Shown piece by piece: positions 1 through 9,572 of a DNA stretch of 64,000 bases. Numbering within the stretch: the first letter of the stretch is position 1; each line of letters opens with the position of its first letter. The notes under the pieces are model-generated. The model was not told where the DNA came from, did not search any database, and saw only the letters and a program-made list of their open reading frames with translations. Source of the stretch: Cyanobacteria bacterium P01_A01_bin.123 (GTDB lineage: Bacteria > Cyanobacteriota > Cyanobacteriia > Phormidesmidales > Phormidesmidaceae). Location of the stretch: assembly GCA_039815185.1 (NCBI GenBank), contig JBCBZT010000021.1, positions 32,001 through 96,000 on the forward strand, in the 5' to 3' direction. The position numbers were made by a program, and so were the translations under genes.

Positions 1-1
1 T

Positions 2-1411
2 GAACCGACGGCTGCATCCCTAGCCTATGGCCTCGATAAAAAGAGCAACGAAACCATTTTGGTCTTCGACCTTGGGGGGGGTACCTTCGACGTCTCTGTG
101 CTGGAAGTGGGCGATGGCGTATTTGAAGTACTCTCCACCTCTGGAGACACTCACCTGGGTGGTGACGACTTCGATAAGAAAATCGTAGATTATCTGGCCC
201 AAGAGTTCCAAAAACAAGAGGGCATGGATCTGCGCAAAGATAAGCAGGCCCTCCAGCGCCTCACCGAAGCCGCTGAGAAAGCTAAAATCGAGCTCTCCAG
301 CGCCACCCAAGCTGAAATCAACCTGCCCTTCATCACTGCGACTCAAGACGGCCCTAAGCACTTAGACACGGTTCTCACCCGCGCTAAGTTTGAAGAGCTG
401 GCTGATGACTTGATTGAGCGTTGTCGCATTCCGGTGGAAAACGCGGTTAAAGACGCCAAAATTGACAAGAGTGCCATCGACGAAGTGGTGCTAGTTGGGG
501 GATCAACCCGGATTCCCGCAGTGCAAGAGCTGGTGAAACGCGTCTTGGGCAAAGATCCCAATCAAAGCGTTAACCCCGATGAAGTGGTTGCAGTCGGTGC
601 CGCGATTCAGGCTGGCGTTCTGGCTGGGGAAGTTAAAGACATCTTGCTGCTCGACGTCACACCGTTGTCCCTGGGTGTAGAAACCTTAGGGGGTGTGATG
701 ACTAAGCTAATTCCTCGCAACACCACGGTACCCACCAAGAAGTCTGAGGTGTTCTCAACTGCCGTGGATAGCCAAACTAATGTAGAAATTCACGTGCTCC
801 AGGGTGAGCGGGAAATGTCCAATGACAACAAGAGTCTGGGGACTTTCCGACTCGACGGCATTCCCCCAGCTCCTCGTGGTGTGCCCCAAATTGAAGTGAT
901 CTTTGATATCGACGCCAACGGGATTTTGAACGTGACGGCGAAAGACAAGGGCACTGGCAAGGAGCAATCCATCAGCATTACTGGTGCCTCTACGCTCTCT
1001 GATACCGAAGTCGAGCGCATGGTTAAAGACGCTGAGAGCAACGCTGAAGTGGATAAAGCACGGCGCGAAAATATCGATCTGAAGAACCAAGCCGATTCCC
1101 TCTGCTACCAAGCTGAAAAGCAAATGGGCGAAATTGGGGATAAGGTTTCTGACGACGAGAAATCTAAAGTTGAAAGCCAGGTGAAAGATCTGCGAGAAGC
1201 CCTCAACAGCGAAGACTTCGAAAAGATCAAGAGCCTCACCACCGAGCTGCAACAGACCCTGTATACCATTAGCAGCAACATCTACCAGCAGGCAGGGGGT
1301 GAACCTGGAGCTGAAGGTGCTGCACCCGGGGCTGACCCGACCACGGATGCAGCAGCCAGCGAAGGTGGCGAAGATGTGATTGATGCAGAATTCTCTGAAC
1401 CTGAGAAGTAG
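2..1411 (+). CDS. dnaK: Chaperone DnaK (Hsp70), 5'-truncated by the window edge
   Basis: Frame is open from base 2 ([14 protein letters not shown]...). Motifs [48 protein letters not shown] and C-terminal DVIDAEF. Confidence 0.98.
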   Translation, partial: EPTAASLAYGLDKKSNETILVFDLGGGTFDVSVLEVGDGVFEVLSTSGDTHLGGDDFDKKIVDYLAQEFQKQEGMDLRKDKQALQRLTEAAEKAKIELSSATQAEINLPFITATQDGPKHLDTVLTRAKFEELADDLIERCRIPVENAVKDAKIDKSAIDEVVLVGGSTRIPAVQELVKRVLGKDPNQSVNPDEVVAVGAAIQAGVLAGEVKDILLLDVTPLSLGVETLGGVMTKLIPRNTTVPTKKSEVFSTAVDSQTNVEIHVLQGEREMSNDNKSLGTFRLDGIPPAPRGVPQIEVIFDIDANGILNVTAKDKGTGKEQSISITGASTLSDTEVERMVKDAESNAEVDKARRENIDLKNQADSLCYQAEKQMGEIGDKVSDDEKSKVESQVKDLREALNSEDFEKIKSLTTELQQTLYTISSNIYQQAGGEPGAEGAAPGADPTTDAAASEGGEDVIDAEFSEPEK

Positions 1412-1421
1412 ATCTAATTTG

Positions 1422-1455
1422 CATCGGAGCGTTTCGTTTAGAGGACGCTCCGATG
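1422..1455 (+). other. Stem-loop 3' of dnaK
   Basis: CATCGGAGCGTTT ... GGACGCTCCGATG inverted repeat about 10 nt after the stop. Confidence 0.6.
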
Positions 1456-1512
1456 TCACTGCTTTGGAATGCTTCTATGGGTTTGAGATAACACCTTGCT
1501 CCGGCGAGCAAG

Positions 1513-1542
1513 AGGCGGATGGCGATTGCTGTCCGCTTTTTT
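1513..1542 (+). terminator. Rho-independent terminator after dnaK
   Basis: Hairpin AGGCGGATGGC-GATT-GCTGTCCGCTT followed by a T run. Confidence 0.7.
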
Positions 1543-1644
1543 GCGTTTTCCGACAGATTGCTAAGTTTGGTGATCGAGTTTGGTTCAGTAGGGGGCCTCT
1601 CCGTTAAAACGAGATCAGAGGTTGGGCTGTAGTATCAAACGCCT

Positions 1645-2586
1645 ATGTCTGATTTCGCATTGGCTTCCACAGAATCGCTGAGGGCAGACACCATGGGGAC
1701 TGCCCCAAAGGGTGCTGTTGAAACCTTGCGAGACCAGATGCAAATTGCTTTGGCGATCGCCGATGGAACCCGCCTGCGATCGCTGCTCACCGAGAGCAGA
1801 CCCAGTGTGGTTGAATCTCACCAAATTGGTACAGTGTCGGCCAATATCGGTGTGCCCATAGAAGGCAGCAGCGATGTCACCCTAGATGGGGTCGTACACT
1901 ACGAGCTCATTCACTGTGTACTAGCCCAACATGCGCCTCCAGTTGGCGTTGGATCCTATGGCGATAGGCCACCAGCGTCAGCCTTTGATCACCGCGCTTA
2001 CGCCCAGATTACCCAGTTCCAATCTGAGTTAAAAAATTTGGCTCAGAACGTGCCTCTTTCTCAAGCGATCGCGCTGCTGACCCACGCCGGATTCGACTCG
2101 CAGCAAATCTCGACCATTCTGCATTTGCCTCACCAAGGGTGGTACAAATCCTGGTGGTACGGTTCAGACGACCAGGGCAGGTTTAATCGCCCCTTTCAGC
2201 GTTGGTTTAGGTCACGGCACTTTGCAGACGGTACGTTCAGCTTGCAATACCGAGACTTTTACCCCCAGGAAGCCCCACCCTGCTTTAAGAGTGAAATTCG
2301 GATGCTGCCAGTGGTGATTCAGGCGGCTAGCCTTAACTTTCGCGAAACGCTGCGACTGGTGAATCAAGCCCGCAATGCCTTTCACAGTGAAGGGGCAATT
2401 TTAATTTGCGATCGCTTGTCGGATTTAGAGTTGCAGGGCTACCTCTGCCAGGGCGTTAGCATCTATGGCGCACACGAATTGTTGTCCCCTAGCGTTGTCA
2501 ATTGCGCTGAGTGTATCCAACACACTTGTCCCCTCCAGGGCGAGGCAGATTCCCCTGTAGAAAAGTGTAAGCAGTTTGTGGTCTAG
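1645..2586 (+). CDS. Hypothetical protein with C-terminal Cys cluster
   Basis: 313-aa ORF with HIP1 sites. Ends CAECIQHTCPLQGEADSPVEKCKQF. Confidence 0.75.
   Translation: MSDFALASTESLRADTMGTAPKGAVETLRDQMQIALAIADGTRLRSLLTESRPSVVESHQIGTVSANIGVPIEGSSDVTLDGVVHYELIHCVLAQHAPPVGVGSYGDRPPASAFDHRAYAQITQFQSELKNLAQNVPLSQAIALLTHAGFDSQQISTILHLPHQGWYKSWWYGSDDQGRFNRPFQRWFRSRHFADGTFSLQYRDFYPQEAPPCFKSEIRMLPVVIQAASLNFRETLRLVNQARNAFHSEGAILICDRLSDLELQGYLCQGVSIYGAHELLSPSVVNCAECIQHTCPLQGEADSPVEKCKQFVV
1753..1760. repeat. HIP1 octamer GCGATCGC (one example; dozens of copies across the window)
   Basis: GCGATCGC recurs throughout, for example 1753, 14190-14203 (overlapping pair), 27001, 30483 and 43609. It is a cyanobacterial genome hallmark. 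Confidence 0.95.
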
Positions 2587-2715
2587 CTGCCAGCAAGTGC
2601 TGTCAATTTTGCCAAAAGCCAGCATAGTAGAGGAGTCGGATGTGCGCCTCAGACTGAGTCATCGCACGCTTCTATTGTCTTCTCAGGCTACCCTTGACAA
2701 TCCATCGCCTCATCC

Positions 2716-4056
2716 ATGAAGTTCCCTCTCATTAAATTTTTCAAACGTCCCCTGCCGTGGCTGATCGGCGGTATTCTGATTGGCCTGGTGGCGATCGCGG
2801 CCATTATTCCCCTAACCCTGCGTAATCGATTTTCAGCCTATGACGTCAACGACTACACCGTTGAAGCGACAGAAGCGGCCCTGAAGGTGCGGGTCACCGC
2901 TAGCGGCACGGTGCAGCCCATCCAAACCGTTAACCTTAGCCCCAAAAACGCCGGGATTGTCGTAGAACTCTATGTGGAACAGGGGGATGCCGTCGTTCAG
3001 GGACAGATTATTGCCCGCATGGACAATGATGATCTGCAGGCCGAGCTACAGCAGGGTAGGGCGAGTCTGGCTGAGGCTCAAGCCCAGCTGCAAGATGTGC
3101 AAGATGGCAACCGTCCTGAAGAAATCGCTCAGGCTGCTGCAGCTGTTGATGCGGCGGCGGCTCAACTCCGCGATGCTGAAGCCCGCTTAGCCTTGGCCGA
3201 TCAACGGCTTGCACGCAATCAAGATATGGCCTTACGGGGTGCTATTTCAGAAAACGAACTCGATGGATTTGTCAATGAGAGCCGCAGTGCTATAGCTGGG
3301 GTCGATCAGGCAGAATCGCGTCTGCTTGAAGCTCAAGAAAGACTGGCCGATCTGCGATCGCAACCCGAAGATACTGAGATCGCTGCTGCTGCCGCTCGCG
3401 TGGATCAAGCTCAGGCCCAAATCGACGCGATCCAAGTCCGGATTGAAGACACCATTATTCGAGCCCCTTTCTCTGGCATTGTCACTCAAAAGTTTGCCAC
3501 CCTTGGCGCTTTTGTAACCCCAACAACCACTGCGTCTGAAGCGACTTCGGCGACATCCACCGCGATTGTAGCGCTGGCTGACGGCTTAGAAGTGGTGGCC
3601 GAAGTCCCCGAAGCCGATATTGATCAAATCCAACCGGGTCAGGCGGTCGAAATCCAAGCGGATGCCTTCCCCGATGACACCTTTAATGGCAAAGTGCATC
3701 TCATCGCTCCTGAAGCGATCGAACAGCAAAACGTCACCCTGTTTCAAGTCCGTATTGATCTAACTACAGGTACAGACAAGCTCTTATCTAACATGAATGT
3801 TGACGTCGCCTTTATCGGTGATGCTATCGAAGCTGCTATCGTCATCCCCACCGTCGCCATCATTACTCAAAACGGTCAACCCGGTGTGATTGTCCCCGGT
3901 GAGCAAAACCGCATCAGCTTCCGTCCGGTGACCCTCGGATCCCAAGCTGGAGACGAAATTCAGATCATCGAAGGCGTCACCTTAGGCGATCGCGTTTTTA
4001 TCGATCTCCCGCCAGGGCAGCGATTAGAGAATTTAACATTTGGTCAGGAGGAGTAG
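2716..4056 (+). CDS. Efflux RND/ABC transporter periplasmic adaptor (HlyD/MFP family)
   Basis: N-terminal TM helix, lipoyl half-motifs (GIVVELYVEQGDAV; IRAPFSGIV), long helical hairpin and VVAEVPEADI. Confidence 0.9.
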   Translation: MKFPLIKFFKRPLPWLIGGILIGLVAIAAIIPLTLRNRFSAYDVNDYTVEATEAALKVRVTASGTVQPIQTVNLSPKNAGIVVELYVEQGDAVVQGQIIARMDNDDLQAELQQGRASLAEAQAQLQDVQDGNRPEEIAQAAAAVDAAAAQLRDAEARLALADQRLARNQDMALRGAISENELDGFVNESRSAIAGVDQAESRLLEAQERLADLRSQPEDTEIAAAAARVDQAQAQIDAIQVRIEDTIIRAPFSGIVTQKFATLGAFVTPTTTASEATSATSTAIVALADGLEVVAEVPEADIDQIQPGQAVEIQADAFPDDTFNGKVHLIAPEAIEQQNVTLFQVRIDLTTGTDKLLSNMNVDVAFIGDAIEAAIVIPTVAIITQNGQPGVIVPGEQNRISFRPVTLGSQAGDEIQIIEGVTLGDRVFIDLPPGQRLENLTFGQEE

Positions 4057-4116
4057 GCCGTTGACCTCTTTCGGTTCATCATCCAAAATCCGTTTTACCC
4101 CTGACGCGCTTGCACC

Positions 4117-6585
4117 CTATCCCTGACGCGGCCTTTCCCGCTGACGCTTGCTAACCAGATTGTGTTCAGCATCAGCGATCGCCCAAGCGGTCTCTCTCAA
4201 AGATTGGAAATCGACGGAAAGCGCGGTGATTCCCCACTGAACCAGGTCTTGAATCAGCCTGGGATTACGACTGGGCATCGCACCACATAAGGTTGTGGGC
4301 ACACCCGCTTGTCTTGCCGTGCGGATGATTTGGGCGATCGCGCCCATCACTGCAGGATGGCCTTGATTAAATAAATCGGCAAAGGCCGGTTGGTCTCGAT
4401 CAATACCCAACATCAATTGAATTAAATCGTTGCTGCCAATAGCAATCCCTTGGGCACCCGCAGCCACATAATCGGATAGTAAAAATAGCACTGACGGGAC
4501 TTCTGCCATGATCCACAGCTGAAACTGTGAAGCTTGAAAGAGTCGAGCCTTTTCCACCCGCTGGCGGCAGAATTGAAACTCCTCCACAGTGCGGACAAAG
4601 GGCAGTATCAGCTGTAGGTTGGTGCATCCGGCCTGCTGAGCTGCGGCCAAAGCCTCTAGTTCCAAATCAAATAAATCCGGGTGTTGCTGGATACTAAAAG
4701 TGCCCCGAATGTCTAAGGCAGGATTAGTGGACGGGGTGGGATTGCCCTTGAGCTGTTGGAACTCATGGGGGCGCAAATCTAAAGCCCGATAGCGCACGGG
4801 GCGTGGTGAAAACTTGCGGGCAATATCAATCAATAGCTGGCTGAGGCGGTTGGTCAGTTCGGCACGATGGTCAAAGGCTGTCCCTTGGGGATGATCGCGC
4901 CGGGTTAGCCAAGCTTGTGGATGATAGCCATCTAAATGAGGCAACAGCAGCAGTTCTGCCCTAATTAAGCCAACCCCATCAATCGGAAGACGATGGATGT
5001 TTTGCGCCAAGGTCTCAATCTGACTCACCGTGACCATCAGTTGTGTCGTCAATGGCACAGGGGGAAATTGACTCGAACGGGGATCGGCAGCATGCCTGAG
5101 GCGCTTTGAGTCAGTGGCTTTAGACAATTGGGCACGATCGGCGGGATAAATCGCACCGCGATCGGCATCGAGTAAAATCGTCTTCCCGGTCACAATCACA
5201 TCCGTTGCCTGGGGCACACCCACAACGGCAGGAATCCCCAATTCTCTTGCTAAAATCGCGGCATGGGAGGTGAATCCACCCCGTTCTGCAATTAAGCCAG
5301 CACTGCCTTTGAGATAGGTAATCCAGTCGGGTTGGATCGATTTGGCAACAACAATCCGCCCGAGGGGCAAGGGAATCACTGGCAAATTGTTATCTGTGAG
5401 TACCACGGCTGGGGCAATCACGGAGCCAGGCGCCACCCCGAGGCCCTGGGCTAAAGTAACGGTAGGAATTTCAGGCTTTATGGGGATGAAGGTTTGCCGC
5501 TGCAAGCCGACAGAGTTGAGGTATCCCTGGGTTAGATAGAGCTGAGTGGGGTGAGTTCCTATTTCTGTCGCCTTGTCTAGGGCAAATAGCCATTCCACGG
5601 TAATGGGTTTACCCAAGGTCTTGGCAGCAGTCTGCAAAGCGTCCCGCAGCATTGTGAGCTGATCAGGCGTGAGCGTTGGCGTCGTCGCGGTGTGCAAGCT
5701 TGTTGGGGTGAGATAGGCTAAGTCCTGTGCCTGGGTTACAGCGTTGATCGTCGTTGCCAAGGGCTGACTGGAGTCAGCAACGCCAGCATCAGAACTATGA
5801 GCACCTTGCCAAGCCAAGGTTTGATGCCCAGCAGTATGAGCCTGGAGGGTTGAACCTTGGAATGTGTATCGCGTGGGGACAGCTTCACCTCGGGTAAGGG
5901 CCTGCCCTAGGCCCATCACAACCTTAACTTCAGTCATCTCAGAAGTGACTGTAGCCACGCCAGCCGCGATCGCCGCCGATAGGGGCTGAATCATAACGGC
6001 TAAGCGGACGTTTTGTAAGGCAACGGGCGAGCGCTGCCAATAGAGCAAACTTTTCGCACTAAAAAGCTTTGCCCAGAGTGCCTGCACCCCCTGCTGCAAG
6101 GCAGTCGGCTGTTGCCAACACACTACAGCCCCTAACAGCCCTGAGACTTGTTGTTCTAACAAGGGATTCATGTTTCCTAGAACGCTGAATGAGGGGCGCA
6201 AAATGGCGGCAGGGGTTTGGATCTGGCGGCTAATCGGCTCAAGATTAAGGGGGAAATCGGCTTGCAGAATCGCTTGCTGAATCCGCTGGGCCACCTGTTG
6301 TAGTTGCCAAGGATTAGAGACATCCAGTCTCAGTGATGAACTCGGAAAATCCCGAAACAGCGGATCAGGGTGCTTGAGCGTAGCCAAGAATTGACTCAAC
6401 TGCTCAGCCGAAATCACCCAACCCGGCAGAATTGGCAGGTTGGCAGCCATCAGTCGGTTCAAAGCTAATGCTTTGTCCCCGGCCCAAACTCGATCACGCG
6501 GGAGAAGCTGATGCAGGGAGCGAAATTGAGCCATATTGCAAGAGTCGGACACAAGGGTGATGGCGAGTGATGTATTTACTGTCAC
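4117..6585 (-). CDS. PEP-utilising enzyme family protein (PEP synthase-like architecture; start may be 6534)
   Basis: Phospho-His motif GGFTSHAAILARELGIP. C-terminal barrel motifs GVGLIRAE, IMAEVPS, IGSNDL. N-terminal PPDK_N-like domain is divergent. Confidence 0.85.
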   Translation of the reverse strand: MTVNTSLAITLVSDSCNMAQFRSLHQLLPRDRVWAGDKALALNRLMAANLPILPGWVISAEQLSQFLATLKHPDPLFRDFPSSSLRLDVSNPWQLQQVAQRIQQAILQADFPLNLEPISRQIQTPAAILRPSFSVLGNMNPLLEQQVSGLLGAVVCWQQPTALQQGVQALWAKLFSAKSLLYWQRSPVALQNVRLAVMIQPLSAAIAAGVATVTSEMTEVKVVMGLGQALTRGEAVPTRYTFQGSTLQAHTAGHQTLAWQGAHSSDAGVADSSQPLATTINAVTQAQDLAYLTPTSLHTATTPTLTPDQLTMLRDALQTAAKTLGKPITVEWLFALDKATEIGTHPTQLYLTQGYLNSVGLQRQTFIPIKPEIPTVTLAQGLGVAPGSVIAPAVVLTDNNLPVIPLPLGRIVVAKSIQPDWITYLKGSAGLIAERGGFTSHAAILARELGIPAVVGVPQATDVIVTGKTILLDADRGAIYPADRAQLSKATDSKRLRHAADPRSSQFPPVPLTTQLMVTVSQIETLAQNIHRLPIDGVGLIRAELLLLPHLDGYHPQAWLTRRDHPQGTAFDHRAELTNRLSQLLIDIARKFSPRPVRYRALDLRPHEFQQLKGNPTPSTNPALDIRGTFSIQQHPDLFDLELEALAAAQQAGCTNLQLILPFVRTVEEFQFCRQRVEKARLFQASQFQLWIMAEVPSVLFLLSDYVAAGAQGIAIGSNDLIQLMLGIDRDQPAFADLFNQGHPAVMGAIAQIIRTARQAGVPTTLCGAMPSRNPRLIQDLVQWGITALSVDFQSLRETAWAIADAEHNLVSKRQRERPRQG

Positions 6586-6855
6586 TCAATCGGTTCAAGC
6601 AGGCAATGATAAAGCTAGGAGTTGGCCAAGCTAAATCTGACAGGCCGTTAACCACTTTGATGTGAGTCAAGGGTAAGGCTTAAGGGGTAAGGGATAAAGC
6701 CATCTCCTGTCAAAATCAAGTTGGTGGAGCACTAGGCCCAAGTCAGCGCTAATCCTGCCATGTTTGAGTTAGGTAGCCAGCCCAGTTAGGTAACCACCCA
6801 ATAGTTTTGTTCTGTTCTTAACATCTATACCTATTATCTTCTCAAAGGGAATCTC

Positions 6856-7542
6856 ATGGGGTCAAAGCATTGGTCTCCGTTCAAACCAATTTTGCAGCTG
6901 TTTTTGACAGCACCCTGCCCGGGTTGCGATCGCCCAATTTCAAGGACTTTGTGTGCAACCTGTGAGCAGCAACTGCAACAGTGCGCCTTGGCTAAACCGG
7001 CAGCAACTTGGCGGGGGAGTCTGCCTCTGTTTGCTTGGGGGAGATATGAGGGAAAGCTGCGTCAGGCGATCGCGGCGTTGAAATATCACAATCATCCCCA
7101 GCTCGCTGATGATTTGGGCAATCGGATGGCCAAAAGCTGGCGCACCCAATCCTTGAGTCGAAATTTATGTTCACCACCCATCGTCGTGCCGGTGCCGCTG
7201 CATCCCGCTCGCGCTCAAGAACGAGGCTACAATCAAGCGGCGCTCTTAGCGCGGGCCTTTTGCCAACGCATCCAGTTACCCTTAGCTGAGCAGGGGCTAT
7301 CTCGATGTCGCGCAACGGAAGCCCAGTTTGGGCTATCCGCCTCAGCCCGTCAGCAAAATCTAGCCGGGGCCTTTCAACTGTGCGATCGCTGGCAACGGCA
7401 CCCCCCTCAACGACCTGTGTTACTGCTAGATGACATTTATACCACTGGATCTACTGTGCAAGCTGCGGCTCAAACCCTGAGAAGCGCAAGCATTTCAGTC
7501 ATCGGTACGGTTGTTTTGGCACGGGCCATCAAAGCCGACTGA
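6856..7542 (+). CDS. comF: ComF family protein (Zn finger plus phosphoribosyltransferase-like domain)
   Basis: CPGC...CATC, VPVPLH, ERGYNQA and LLDDIYTTGST. Confidence 0.9.
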   Translation: MGSKHWSPFKPILQLFLTAPCPGCDRPISRTLCATCEQQLQQCALAKPAATWRGSLPLFAWGRYEGKLRQAIAALKYHNHPQLADDLGNRMAKSWRTQSLSRNLCSPPIVVPVPLHPARAQERGYNQAALLARAFCQRIQLPLAEQGLSRCRATEAQFGLSASARQQNLAGAFQLCDRWQRHPPQRPVLLLDDIYTTGSTVQAAAQTLRSASISVIGTVVLARAIKAD

Positions 7543-7676
7543 GCCTCGTAACTGTCCGCCCGTAACTGTCTGTATGATGGGGAGCATGCTCCGTGTTCTA
7601 AACCTGCTTAGATAGGCAGTCTTAGATATTCAGTCACGGTTGCGGTTTATTCTTCTCGTGGAGGGGTTGCGTTGGT

Positions 7677-8951
7677 ATGAGTTCTCTTTCGCCTACTCTG
7701 ATTTTGCGTCAGTGTCGCTTGCTCGATGCCAATCTTGCTGAGCCCCCAGTCGATATTGCCATCGAGCAAGACAAAATCGTGGCGATCGCCCCCCAGCTCA
7801 CGCTCCAAGCACCATTTGAACTCAACGTTCATGAGCAGTTAGTGAGTCCTCCCTTCATTGAATCCCACATTCACCTAGACTCCGTGCTCACGGCTGGTGA
7901 ACCGCGATGGAACACCAGCGGCACCCTGTTTGAAGGGATCGACATCTGGCGCGATCGCAAGCAACAACTTACCCCAGAGGATGTCAAACAGCGGGCGATC
8001 GCAGCCCTAAAGCAGCAGGCCACCCAAGGGGTACTGTTTGTACGCAGTCATGCCGATGTGAGTGAACAAAATTTGGTTGCCTTAAAGGGGTTACTGGCAG
8101 TACGAGAAGCTGTAAAAGACTGGCTCACACTGCAGGTGGTTGCCTTTCCCCAAGACGGGGTGTACGGTGGCGCACAAAACGAGACACTCCTCGAAACCGC
8201 CTTGGAAATGGGGGCTGACGCGGTCGGGGGGATCCCCCACTATGAACTCACCCGCGAAGATGGCGTGCGCTCGGTTCACCGGATTTTTGAACTAGCCCAG
8301 AAATACGACCGCCTGATTGATATTCACTGCGATGAAATTGATGATGATCAGGCTCGATTTTTAGAGGTGGTCGTAGCCTGCGCCATTCGCAGCGGTTTGG
8401 GATCACGGGTAACCGCCAGCCATACCACCGCTTTTGGGTCTTACAACAATGCCTACGCGCTGAAGCTGATGGGATTTATCCAACGCACAGCGATTAACTT
8501 TATCGCCAACCCGCTGATCAACATTACCCTCCAGGGGCGAACCGATAGCTATCCCAAACGGCGCGGCGTGACTCGCGTCAAAGAACTTTGGCAGGTCGGT
8601 CAAAACGTTAGCCTGGGCCATGATTGTATTCAAGATCCTTGGTACAGCTTGGGCACAGGCAATATGTTGGAGGTTGCCTGGATGGCATTGCATCTTTGTC
8701 AGATGACCGGACGGGATGAAATCAATGCCTGCTATGACATGGTGACGACCCACGCAGCCCAGACGCTAAACTTATCGGATCACTATGGTATTTGCGAAGG
8801 CAAACCCGCGAATTTGATCGTGCTGGATGCCCGCGATCGCTACGATGCCCTACTGCGACGGCCCCCAGCACACTACGTCATTGCCCAGGGCAAGCTTTTG
8901 GCTCAAACAGCACCCGCCGTCAGCCAGTGGCATCTATCCGTGGGAACCTAA
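7677..8951 (+). CDS. codA: Cytosine deaminase (amidohydrolase superfamily)
   Basis: ESHIHLD, GEPRWNTSGTLFEGI, VAFPQDG, DIHCDEIDD, ASHTTA and GHDCIQDPWY. Confidence 0.92.
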   Translation: MSSLSPTLILRQCRLLDANLAEPPVDIAIEQDKIVAIAPQLTLQAPFELNVHEQLVSPPFIESHIHLDSVLTAGEPRWNTSGTLFEGIDIWRDRKQQLTPEDVKQRAIAALKQQATQGVLFVRSHADVSEQNLVALKGLLAVREAVKDWLTLQVVAFPQDGVYGGAQNETLLETALEMGADAVGGIPHYELTREDGVRSVHRIFELAQKYDRLIDIHCDEIDDDQARFLEVVVACAIRSGLGSRVTASHTTAFGSYNNAYALKLMGFIQRTAINFIANPLINITLQGRTDSYPKRRGVTRVKELWQVGQNVSLGHDCIQDPWYSLGTGNMLEVAWMALHLCQMTGRDEINACYDMVTTHAAQTLNLSDHYGICEGKPANLIVLDARDRYDALLRRPPAHYVIAQGKLLAQTAPAVSQWHLSVGT

Positions 8952-9572
8952 TCGTGGCCAACTGAATCAATAAGATTAAATACTTATGCATTAGGTTTGC
9001 CTCTACCTCTGCAAGGTTTGCATCTCAGATAGCCTTTAAAGCATTTAGCCTACGATGAATGGTATTTAAGTCATAGGCTAGGCCTGTGCCAGCCGATTAG
9101 GGATCACGGTTCCAAAACTGTTGATCGATCTAGTCGAGCACCATCAGAATCATGTATCTACTGTGTTCAAAAGGCTGAGATTTGACCCTGACAATTCGAT
9201 GATTTCACTGAACTTCGGCTTCAGAAATTCATTGAAATTATGGATACAATATGAACACAGTGAAAATTGATTGAACCAGATCAGCAGTTTTCCATAAAGA
9301 TTGCTTCATACATCCGAAATGAGCTTGCATCGTTGAGTTTTGAGGATCATCATAATTTCAGTGATTCAACTTACTCAGCTACCAGGAGTTTCTTCTATAG
9401 CTTTATGAACTGCTCATGTAAGCTGCTAGTTATCTTCAAAATACAAAGGTTAGGTAAGGTTTTTGTTAATACGTTAACGGTTTTGTAAAGAGCAGTCATT
9501 CTGATCCTATCAGCCGATAACGCAAGCAGTTTAGTCAGTGTAGGTCGACATCTACTACTTATTAAAAGAAGC

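Noticed and set aside
20..1459. Long antisense ORFs opposite dnaK (20..361 and 755..1459)
   Set aside because: Antisense open frames are a known by-product of codon bias in hsp70 genes; there is no independent coding signal.
7547..7570. 10-bp direct repeat CGTAACTGTC upstream of codA
   Set aside because: Short, with only two copies and no recognisable regulator consensus.
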